The notes under the pieces are model-generated. The model saw only the letters and a program-made list of their open reading frames with translations, made no database searches and was not told the origin of the DNA. A stretch of 62,585 bases of DNA, filler included, from Circinaria calcarea (taxonomy: Eukaryota): NCBI GenBank assembly GCA_051942165.1. It is 15 parts of 15 records of this genome, joined end to end, with 100 filler letters (N's around TTAATTAATTAA, not from the genome) between each part and the next. Parts side by side here need not be neighbours in the genome. Positions count along the whole stretch, not along the records: positions 20,985 to 25,076 come from JAVECS010002480.1; positions 25,177 to 29,267 come from JAVECS010002481.1; positions 29,368 to 33,440 come from JAVECS010002482.1; positions 33,541 to 37,611 come from JAVECS010002483.1; 11 more parts are not named here. One strand, given 5' to 3'. Positions within the stretch are counted from its first letter, which is position 1. Each line of letters begins with the position of its first letter. Positions 24,897 to 35,411 of the stretch are shown here, in pieces. Both the position numbers and the translations under genes were made by a program.

Positions 24897-26895
24897 GTTA
24901 TATATTTTGGAAAAATGGGGGGGCGGGGTGGTACAGTCTACTGAAATTCGGATTTTCCCTTTGAATACTTGTATTGGGAAAAACTCCGATCCTAGCACAT
25001 GTTTTTCTCTTTCCTAACCAATCAACCTCGTCTCCTTTAAACTTCCCCACCCATTCCTCCCCCTTCTCCATAATCCNNNNNNNNNNNNNNNNNNNNNNNN
25101 NNNNNNNNNNNNNNNNNNNNTTAATTAATTAANNNNNNNNNNNNNNNNNNNNNNNNNNNNNNNNNNNNNNNNNNNNGTGAGGAGCTTCATTGTCTGTTTA
25201 TGTTGGTGTTTGAAAATGCCGAGATTGTGGATTCAAGCTTTGATGCTTTGGACTGACTGGATGAGATTGATGGTTGGAGGAGGAGGAGAAGATTGATCTT
25301 GGATGATGATGAGGAAAAAGAAGAAGGGAAGAAGGGGTGCTTATATACTTGGGAGCCAGACAGCAATGACATTTGGGTCTGAATAATGCCAAGGTCATTC
25401 CCTGGGGTTCGCCTCGTCCCATTCGCATCTTTCACGGCCTGGACTCATGTCGACGACTAGCAGATCGTGGTATTGCATATTCGCCAAGCTGCTTGCCGCT
25501 TCGTATAGTCGTGCCATTGGGCCTCAAACCTTGACATTTGCAAGGAAAGGTGGAGAGGGGTGCCAGGGGCGAGGAGGAAGTAAGGGAGGTGATGGGATTA
25601 GATCAACTGAATCAGCTGTTCAACTGGAGTCGAGCGAGGCCCATTTTGCCCTAACCATTGGATTTCTGAATACCACCACCTGTTTGTTATTGAAGCCAAA
25701 TTGGGAGTTGAGGAGACTTGGTTCAAGTCGATCAGTGTTCCAATTTGATCGAGCGAGGCCCAATCTTGCCCCCAAATCGTTGGTTGCACTGCTGAATGCA
25801 AACGGTCAATTCGCCGTTGGAGCACGGCTGGATGAACGCCACCAACGGGAGTAACTCTTAACCGCACAAATAAACCGGCACCGAGATTCAGAAAGCCTGG
25901 GTATAAAGCGAACATCGAAACAGTTCCTGGCCATTGAGTCTTGGAGTCTCGCTCCGCTTCATCAGATCCAGTTAAGCCTGTTGCTAAGAAGGGTATTTTC
26001 TATACGTAAGTCTTACCCGTGCCGCCGGCTACGTTACACACCGCCCAAATCAATAGGTCTGGGGAATCCGGGGTAGTCGCAGATCGGCGGGTGCCTGCCT
26101 AGCGCACGTTGCAGATACGAACGGAGTTCTCTGCGGGGGGCGGTGACACCGCCGAATAAGTAGTACTCTAAAAGTCCTTGCGTCGAGTCGGAAATTCACC
26201 ACCGCAATTTCCGATGCCAAATGACATTTTTTAGCGACAAGGTTTTTATCCGACAAAGCACTTGAGAAGTTACTCGTCTACGGGATGCTGCATGGGTAAC
26301 TTTTGAAGTGCGAAAGCCCATTGGAACCATCTGGGTGCTCAGGATTCTGCTGTCGCTGCAACGGAAATAACTGTTAACACTCGGCACTACCTGGTAAAAT
26401 AAGTGCCTTACCATACGGAGTATCTTATTTGGGTTTCTAAAAACAACTTTGTTATTTACAACCCGGTAATTATTCCGGTCGCATGCAGCAAGCAGAATAG
26501 CAGCGTAGAATGCGCCAGTCACGTAAGTAAAAATACCCTAATATGTAAAAATCCACGTTAAAATAACCAAAAGGGATTCACTAGCCGAGACTTCTAGAGC
26601 GTGTGTGGTGGAGTTTAAATAGCTATTTTCGTTATCCTATCCTAATTAACAACCACTGTACCATAACAAAAGGGGGCCAAAAGCTACCATAGTGTTTATC
26701 CGAATTGGGGAAGTCGCGAGAGAATTACGAAAAGCTCAGCCCAGCCCAGCGGGGGATATTATTTAAAAAAACAACACCTACATTCATTTTTTTATAAATC
26801 ATAAGTATGGAAACAAAAGCTGAGTGCGTAGGTAAATTTTTAAACCTATGGGGCTGGGCTGGGCTGGGGCTTGGAATTGCTGCCAAAAAATACTT

Positions 26896-27272
26896 TGGTT
26901 GCAGGGGTAATAGCTATTAGCTCCAGGCTAGAGCCCGCTAAATTCTTCGGTTATTTTACTAACTTTACATGTTACTTACCTGCGTGCCTGCGTGCTGAAG
27001 CTGTATAGAATTAGATTGAAGAACGCTACGGTGAAGAGGATAAGTTCTCCTACAATACACTAAGAAAGGCAGTGAGGGAGGCGTGGGACACTGTCACAGT
27101 GGAAAAGTTACATGATTTACTTAAATCAATGCGAGATCGCTGTCAAGCCGTAATAGATGCAAATGGCATGCAGGCGAAATTTTAGATGTCAATAACAAGC
27201 CTTTTTAACATCTAAACTGCATTAGGCATTGACTTACTAGCCTGGATTTAACAGCTATTACCCCTGCAACCA
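26896..27272 (+). mobile_element. Internally deleted Tc1/mariner element (non-autonomous)
   Basis: TIRs of ~36 bp (TGGTTGCAGGGGTAATAGCT..., 3 mismatches). 27015-27185 encodes ...LRKAVREAWD...LLKSMRDRCQAVIDANGMQAKF*, the typical Tc1 transposase C-terminus. Confidence 0.9.
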
Positions 27273-28198
27273 TTTGTAGCGTTTGCCCGGAGTATGGTAT
27301 TTCCCCGCCCGCTTCCCTTTGTAAAAAAGCGGTAGCGCGCACGAAACATAGGTTCTGTACGGATCCTTTACGAACAGTACGATGATCTTACGATTAAGAG
27401 GTCGGTAAACTGTGTTGATAATGTGCTCAATTGATTCGCATAGCGGATGAATTCTTGCTCAAGGATTCTGGGGTATGGTAACGTTCCGCGAGAAAAGAAA
27501 ACCTTCCTCGCTACCAGAAGCCAATACCTCGTGACCTCAGTATACCATATGGTTCACCCGTAGGGTTCGTAGGGGTTCTCGCGTAGAGACCCTTACACAA
27601 CTCGCCTATTTCCGGCGCATTTCAAAAAGCCGGGTTTCATGGGGGCGGCTGTGACACTATGCTTATTGGCTACAGTTTCAATCTAGATTACAGTATTATT
27701 TAAACAGTATCATGTTGATTTAAAGCTCCTGTTCAAAGCGGCAATTGTTTCTTTTTGGTGGCGATGAAAAAGCCTCCAAAGGCGGCCATATATACCTCGC
27801 AGAAGCGATCTCACCATAACCCTCGTGGCTCCGGCGTGCCCGAGTTTTTGAATGACACGGACGGGTATACCCGGTAGGTAAGCACGCGACCCTGTCCCCG
27901 ATCCGGCCATTTTCATGTTACGGTGTATCTCCGGGACGGAAGTTGGAAGAGCCGGCATCCAATCAATCACCTTTCCCAGCTGGCTCGTCGATGATTCACG
28001 TCATCCATCCATAATGTTGAATCGAGGGAATTGACCAAAGACATACTTCATCATCGGTGGCAACGGCGTTCCTCTTCCTTCTTGATTTCCTGTCCTCGCT
28101 CTCTGCTTTTTTCCCTTTGCGCCGTGTACATAAATCTACAGTTATACAGGAGGCTTACTCGCGCTGAAACACATCGAGACCTGTGATTATCCGCCGGC

Positions 28199-29267
28199 AT
28201 GACATCGTTCCTCTCTTCCCTCAATCCCACACCGTCTTTTCCTGCATACACCGGTCCTTATCATGTCGGCACGATAGACGTAGAAATACCAACAGTGGAA
28301 CTTCCCTCGCCAGCGCCAGCGCCAGACCCGACCATTAGCACCGTTAGCTTCCGTTTGTTCTATCCGTGCGAAGTCCCGGCCAAGAAGCCGCATCCCGTTT
28401 ACTGGATCCCTGATCCTCAACATGATATCGCCTCGGCCTATGCGCGATTCCTCGGAGCCTCATCAAGGCTGGCGTAATTCATGGCGTGAGTTCTCTGCGG
28501 GGGTGCCGGAGCGAGATGTCGAAACTCGGAAAAGTCGAATGTTGACAACCGTATGATAGATATCTCCCTAGACTGCTCTACCGCACCACGATTCCTGCCC
28601 TTGGAGATGCGCGAGTCCTACCACCTGCGACCAAAGCGAAGAGATGGCCGGTGATGGTGTTCTCGCATGGCCTGGGTGGGTCTCGCAACATATACAGCCA
28701 CATGGCCGGCTTGTTGGCGAGCTACGGAGTAGTCGTGCTGGCACCGGAACATCGTGATGGCAGTGTACCGAGGACTTATATTGGGGGACCAAAGGGAAGA
28801 CCGGTTGACTACAAGGCGATATCACACGTACAGTCGAAAGAAGTGGAAGATGCCCGCGATGAACAGTTACGAATTCGGCTATGGGAACTGGGCTTGCTAA
28901 ATGAAGCGCTGCTGAAAATTGACAATGGCGAAGAGGTCTCGAACGTACTGTCAAAGGACCACAAGGGAAATTTCTCCATGTTCGCGAGCGGCCTCGATGT
29001 CCATACGCCGGGCAAAATCTCGTGGGCTGGACATTCCTTTGGTGCAGCAACGGTCTTTCAATTTGTCAAGTCCGTCTTCTACCGCTCGTCACCTGTACCA
29101 CCTTCGAATCGATCGCTTTACAAACCCGCCGAGGATTCGGCTATCGTTCGGCAGATCACTCCATCCTCGACAGTGTGCCTTTTAGATCTCTGGGCACTAC
29201 CTCTCCGAAGCGCGGCTACGAAGTGGCTTTGGAACAAACCAGCTCCATGTTATAACCCAGATGGACC
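28199..29267 (+). CDS. Platelet-activating factor acetylhydrolase-like (PAF-AH II) alpha/beta hydrolase, 5' part
   Basis: Motifs YTGPYHVGT, FRLFYP, WPVMVFSHGLGGSRN, EHRDGS and the nucleophile GHSFG. One intron ends at 28559, with two candidate donors (28474, 28486). Confidence 0.9.
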
Positions 29268-29367
29268 NNNNNNNNNNNNNNNNNNNNNNNNNNNNNNNNN
29301 NNNNNNNNNNNTTAATTAATTAANNNNNNNNNNNNNNNNNNNNNNNNNNNNNNNNNNNNNNNNNNNN

Positions 29368-30200
29368 TATCCAGATTTGGCACAAGCGGAAGTCAAAACC
29401 TCGCTGTACGCGAAGCAGAAGGGTTTTGGGGGTTTGGACAATGGGTTGCAGCCTTGCTATTGCTTCTTCCAATTTTGACGCTGGGCGAGGCCTGTTATGG
29501 TAAGCGAAGACGGTTTTTAAAGAATATATTCCTACGCAATCCGTAGCTAATACTATCACCAGAGACCTTCAGCAACTTCAACCTGGAGCAAAGGACGCTG
29601 AGTGCCGATTGGCCTTCAACTCCGCTGTCTTCTTCCCAAAGTAGACTTGCAGGATCAGCATGCCCGTCAAGCTCAATAGTACACCCGAGGGACAGTCTCT
29701 TTCCAATGCACGCAGTCTCAACAATTGGTACAGATTTAGTGCATGAAGAGCAGAATACTGGTTTGTCGCAAAACGCGAGATCACAAGATGGCCTAGTGGC
29801 TGCCAATCCTTGTTTCTTTGTGGGGGGCACCTTCTATTCGTACGCCTGGTTTCGGGAATTACTAATATTGTTACTGGTATTAGTTTCCGAGCTGGCTATC
29901 TTTCTTCTTATGCTGTCTAACGCATTATACGGCGGCGATTTGTTATCAAACATTTTCAATGTATTTTTGAACGGCTTTCTTTCACTTTTCACGATTTTTA
30001 GCATTGTATTTTGGACCATTTTTTTCGAAGGCGATATGCAACCCAATCATCAGTTCGTGAAAAAGGACCGTCGGTTCCGTAAGACGAGAATACCTATCGG
30101 CATGGTTATTTGGGTCCCACGCGTCGTTGGAATTATGCTTTGTATTCTGATTATTGTGTCCTATCTGAGCTTGACACCGGCAATCGATAAATCAAGGTAG
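29368..30200 (+). CDS. Fungal multi-pass membrane protein of unknown function (WGFGQ motif), 3' part
   Basis: Exon 1 gives EGFWGFGQWVAALLLLLPILTLGEACY. Intron 29500-29562 joins in frame to the 29706-30200 ORF, which has about three more hydrophobic helices. Confidence 0.65.
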
Positions 30201-30423
30201 TTTATTCATAAAATAAACTAACTTGATGTGTAAATCGACTTGACGTTCGCAAAGAAACCATTTACTCAGAAACGGACCAAATCTATGTGTTCCAACTGAC
30301 GCTGTATTTCCACGTGGGGAAATTGGCAACAAAGCCACTGAATTATGGGCTAGGAATTCCGCTGACACACCGCGTCGCGGCCGCCCACCTCCGTTCGTGA
30401 CCGCCACGCACTTTAACGATTGG

Positions 30424-30579
30424 TGTCACGCAGCCTAAGTCGTCCTTGTCATCCGAAGGAAGGAGCAGAGCTTAGCTGGCTACCAAGGCCCTTCGGGCCT
30501 TAAAGCCTGCCTTCGGGCATAGATAGAATTAAATAAATTCTTTCACCTCTTTTGATACCTGCACCACCCTCCCGTGACA
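30424..30579. mobile_element. Probable solo LTR (156 bp)
   Basis: Starts TGTCACG and ends CGTGACA (TG...CA, 7-bp inverted termini), with internal hairpins and an AATAAA. No target-site duplication visible. Confidence 0.6.
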
Positions 30580-30908
30580 GTCTTGCTCCGCCATCGGTAG
30601 TTGGCGCCAGTCACAGTGCTAATAAGATAGCAGAGATGAGAGCGAGGTCGCGTGGCAGCAGCGAGTTAAGCCTTGGTGATCAGCATTTGGGACTGAATAG
30701 TAACAATCAGCACGACCGTAGCGAGGTAAACGAAGCCAGGGCAATCCGATAGCAGGGGCTGTGGTGATGTTAGGGTTATAGTGTATATAATTTAGGTTAG
30801 ATTAACGGATGCGGATAAACATTTGATTGGAAAGTTCGAATTACCGAACAAACGCCGGGAGTATGTGGCAAGTTAGATAATTTAGAACCTAAGCCATCCA
30901 GTCCTCTG

Positions 30909-32181
30909 CTATCCTGTAGTCCAGGCGTCGAAGCGTATTAAATATGCCGGGCAGTAACACAAATTATCAGGACCGTCTTGCTGACAGCGGAAAATATCCG
31001 AGAATATCACACTTGAAATCCAGATCGAGCCTCCACCACAGCCCCTCAAACGAGACAAATCTGCTCCGTTGCCGATATATCCAAAAGCGCCAACAACGTA
31101 TTCCATGTCGTCTGCAGGTTCACCGGTAGGAATTCGACGCACTTCGACTTTTACTAAGATGCCTTCACAGCGACCATTCAATGGCGTATCTATATGAATG
31201 AGATTGCCAACCTGGGGCTGACTGATATCGAGAAGGCTTCTGAATCCGCTGACAGGGGCATCGGGAATCGAACAAGTCTCCCTAGAGTAGTGGATATTGG
31301 CAAACTCGGTCAGAGCTATGTTTGTTTCTCCAGAAACTTTGGACGCCTCCGGCATGCATTGACCGCCTCTATTCGGATGCAGTGCTTGGTCACTAACACC
31401 GGCAGGAAATCCATGCTTCGCCGGTGTATTGTACTTGTTCCCCGACGGAGACTGTAAGTATACTCCGGAGGCTTTCATCATACCGTCGTTCTCATGCCCC
31501 GAAGCGTTTGAGGCCACCATCAATCCCGGTTGTAGTTCCTGGTACGCTTCACCATCCGGGATCCTACCCGCTGGTAATTTTAGGCGCAGGACCTTTTCGC
31601 GGACGGTCTGCTCTCCAAAGACGTACCCTATGAGTATATTGTTGACGACAAATGGTAAGCGAGTCTTCCAGTCCGGATAAGGTTCTCTGGCTCCCAACGC
31701 CAGGAAGCACCACCCAATCCATTGGATTCGGTGGATCTTTGCGTCGAAGCTGTCAAACATCTTGAACAACTTCCTTGTATGTGTCGAGATCCGGCGTTTG
31801 CCAGGACTTAATGGTAGCATCAACAGATCCCTTTGGACCACGAGCTATTTGTCCACGATTTATCGGAGAGGCCTCGTCATCAGTCGTCATATATAGCGGC
31901 AGACCTGCAACGGTTACGGGCCAAGGTCTGGCTGGCAGTTTCCTACACGTTATAATCAAAAATGGCGGTTCAAAAGAGAGTTTCAGACACGTGGGGAACA
32001 GCGACAGTATTGCATCGATTTGCTCTTTTGATGGAGTGTACTGTCTGCCATTTCGGAACAGTTCGAAATCCATTTTCACGTGCCTCGTATTCACAAATTC
32101 GTTGCCTTCACGGATGAAGTGTGGTGTGTCTGAAATAACTGGAAGAGTAAATGTAGCTGGCGGGGGGTGCTGGATAAGCAT
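30909..32181 (-). pseudogene. Frameshifted gene of a fungal trypsin-fold peptidase-like family
   Basis: Overlapping ORFs 32181-31753 and 31841-30909 join by a 1-nt shift near TPDLDTYK/KLFK (~31775). Motifs PWPVTVAGLP, LQPGLMVAS, SGVYLQ, AKHGF, LHP and NIAL resemble a decayed His/Asp region. Confidence 0.6.
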
Positions 32182-32623
32182 GTGGGTGACCGGTCAGTTG
32201 AAGAAGTGAAGAACTTTGCGTGGTAACTTGTAGGGTGAAAACCTTGCTGATTTAACTGGCAGGGCGGAGTTCTTTGGATAAGTCCGATAGTGAAAAGAGG
32301 TTCGTAGGCTACAAGTAAATCACAGCCATTAAACGATTTGTTATGCACCTGTTTCTACGCCTGGAAAGTTTAGTGGAGTAATTTGTTTTCTGGACCCCAC
32401 TTTAAGAATACACGCAAAAATAGCGCACCTTCCCACATGGGGCAGGAAAGCGCTCCACAATGGTTATCAGTGGTGTTGGGGAGGCAATCTGAATTTCTGA
32501 GACAACGGTTCGGAAGTTATTGCGCCGATTAGTAACCCCTTCGACTCATGAGCTCGCTACTCTGATGCCAGAATCCTGTACCCTTTAAGATAGACTATCC
32601 ATCCCTTAACAGTACACATCGTA

Positions 32624-33440
32624 ATGGCGGTCAGTCTCAACTGTCAGCTCGACAGCGACAATCAATTTGGTCCTCGAATAGATATCTACTGTCGTCCCTT
32701 CGACTTCACGCTGCTATTTGAGGATGCATTCTTCATCGCCCTTCCTGCAGCACTTCTTCTGTTGCTCCTACCACCACGATTGCGAGTACTTCGCCATGCT
32801 ACTATCAAGGTTGATTCCCATAGGTTGATGACTCTGAAATTGGTATGATTCGAGTTCCGAAGATTCGACTTCTAAAAGGAATCAATCTTTACTAATGATA
32901 TTTTGCAAAGACTTTCCTCGCCCTCTTGTTTGTTCTCCATGTTCTGTTCACCGCATTCCAAAGCGGATCATTAGCTCTCCAGACCAAGCTATCAATGGCC
33001 ACAGGAATACTCAATATAGCCGCAACGTTCGCAGCGGCCTGCGCCTCCTTTATGGAAGATCAACGCTCCGTTGGACCCTCGGACCACCTCGTTCTTTACT
33101 TTTCGACCTCCAGCGTTTTGGCGCTCCCTCGTTTGCGCTCACTGTGGCTTATTCAAGGAGTAATGGTCTGTAGAGCTTTGTGGACGAGTATCTTCATTCT
33201 CCTAGTGGCAATGCTATTCATCGAGTCCATTAGAAAAACCAAATTTCTGCAAATTCAATACCACAACGTGACTAAAGAGCAAACTTGTGGATTCTGGGGC
33301 CGAAGCTTTTTCGTATGGGTGCTCCCGTTCTTTCAAGTGGGCTACACAAAGATCCTTCATCTTGAAGACATACCAGATGTTGATGGAGACCTTAAGGGAC
33401 AAATTGCTGGTAAAAGGCTTCAAACAGCATGGGAGTTTTC
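32624..33440 (+). CDS. ABCC/MRP-type ABC transporter, N-terminal TMD0 region (3' truncated)
   Basis: Motifs DNQFGP..C..FDFTLLFED, EDQRSVGPS, RLRSLW and EQTCGFWGRSFFVWV...GY.KIL..EDI; one intron after MTLKL. Confidence 0.9.
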
Positions 33441-33540
33441 NNNNNNNNNNNNNNNNNNNNNNNNNNNNNNNNNNNNNNNNNNNNTTAATTAATTAANNNN
33501 NNNNNNNNNNNNNNNNNNNNNNNNNNNNNNNNNNNNNNNN

Positions 33541-34290
33541 CAGGGGAGTATTCCTGCGACCTTACCGGAGGAGCCGCCTTGGCTGAAAAACATAGATGGA
33601 AGCTTGCCGAGCCGCGTACTCCCATATATGTATCTAGGAAACATCAGCCATGCCAACAATCCAGATTTGCTGAAGGCAATGGGTATTACGAGAATATTGA
33701 GCATCGGAGAAACTGTTAGCTGGCCAAAGGGGAAACATCAAAGCTGGGGCCTGGAGAATTTACTTTTTGTCGACCGGGTTCAGGATAACGGGGTTGATCC
33801 ACTTACTGATGAGCTTGAGCGATGCTTGGAGTTTATTGGTGCGTTGCCGAATCATTGCTTGACTCCTGCTGCCGGAAGCGATAAACTGATATAAAGGGTT
33901 AGGGAAGGGAAAAGCGGACGGTACGGCAACGCTCGTTCATTGCCGTGTCGGGGTTTCCCGATCGGCAACCATTTGCATAGCAGAAGTGATGGCTTCGCAA
34001 GGTCTTACTTTCCCGCGTGCTTAGTAAGTCATTTTCAATCATCCCCCCCCTTTTCTCCGGATCCCCATCTCGACTCTAGTGGATAGGTCCGTACTAAAAT
34101 CTCACCTAGCTGTTTTGTCCGGGCTCGCCGCCTCAATGTGATTATCCAACCCCACCTCCGCTTCGCATACGAATTGCTGAAGTGGGAGGAACTCCAGCGA
34201 GTGAAGCGCGGGCTACCATTGCGCCGAGAGTTAGAGTGGCCAACGATTGCCAGGGAGATCGCTGCGATGAACAAGCCTTATACGAGATGA
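33541..34290 (+). CDS. PPS1: Dual-specificity protein phosphatase PPS1-like, 3' part
   Basis: Motifs LPSRVLPYMYLGN, VQDNGVDPL, active site LVHCRVGVSRSAT and FVRARRLNVIIQPHLRF; two introns; stop TGA 34288-34290. Confidence 0.92.
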
Positions 34291-34759
34291 CAATGTAGGG
34301 TGACGAATTATGAGGGATGTTTTGCCCCTTTTCAATGATTATGTCTTATGAAACTACGGATATGAAAACTTGGACGATGATTTGCTGGTTGTGCTTTTAG
34401 CCTGGAAACGGGAACGGCAACGGAAAGGCATTAGGGATGAAGGGATGATTTATATACGGAATGCTCGGATTATGGCGTCAGGGGAACCTTGAAATGGATT
34501 CTTTTCGGAGATGGAAAACGGGTTTTCGGAAAGCCGGGCGATCTCGCATGCAAAACTTTCCCTTGTCCATTTATTGTGGTTGCGGAACTGGCTGTTGCTG
34601 TTTGCCTGGCTGTTTACTCGGGCGAGAGCTCAATCAATCAATAGGTTCTATTATCTTAAATTCTAGTCTAGTCTGGTACCGGAAAGAATGAAAAATAATG
34701 CCCCCTTTTTCTTTTTTTTTGCTCAAATTTCCCGTCTATTCCATGTGCATCATGATGAT

Positions 34760-35411
34760 GGGTCCCACTGTATGTACACCCCTATTACCTAGGCGTACAC
34801 CCCTATTACCTAGGCGTACACCCCTATTACCTAGGCGTACACCCCAATTACCATAGTTGTACACCCCCCCTAATTAGGTAGTAAATTTGAAATTTTGATA
34901 TTCGCGCTATACGCGCGTTTTTATAATACTATAGATATAAATAATATAATCCTTAGGGATTTATATTGCGACGGTCGAGAGGCCGCCTATCCACCCCCTA
35001 CGATAAATAGTCGAGCCTACGACTAATCGGCGGTCGAAATAGGCCCGCAAGAACCCGCGGAGGACGTATACCAGGCGGTGGAAAGGGTGGAAGAGGTCGT
35101 GGAGCAGCTACAAAATGGCAGAGGAGATAGTGCAGGCAGTAGACGGAGGGAGGCGCATCTATCAATTTCAGAGTGTAATTCCAGACATTGACATCACGGA
35201 TCCAAAAGCAGGAGAATTCAATGCAATTTGTATGGCAGCATCACCTAATTACAATGTCAATCCCTAAGAGTTATATCGTTTATGTTTATAGCGTTATGAG
35301 AAAGTGCGTGTGGCGCGAATATAAATTTTACTACCTAATTAGGGGAGGGTGTGCAACTGTGGTAATTGGGGTGCACGCCTAGGTAATAGGGGTGTACATA
35401 CAGTGGGACCC
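34760..35411. mobile_element. Non-autonomous DNA element with long TIRs (~90 bp); left TIR carries extra 21-bp units
   Basis: The left end GGGTCCCACTGTATGTACACCCCTATTACCTAGGCG...CTAATTAGGTAGTAAA is the reverse complement of ~35323-35411. The interior has no convincing ORF. Confidence 0.85.

Noticed and set aside
26035..26046. TACACACCGCCC, matching a conserved SSU rRNA motif
   Set aside because: Only a 12-nt match, and the flanks are not rRNA-like.
16793..33440. Secondary-metabolite cluster made of P450, KEP precursor, hydrolase and ABC transporter
   Set aside because: The genes lie on different contigs separated by artificial spacers; there is no evidence of linkage.
34774..34855. 21-bp direct repeats resembling a CRISPR array
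   Set aside because: Units are head-to-tail with no spacers, lie inside a TIR, and the DNA is eukaryotic.
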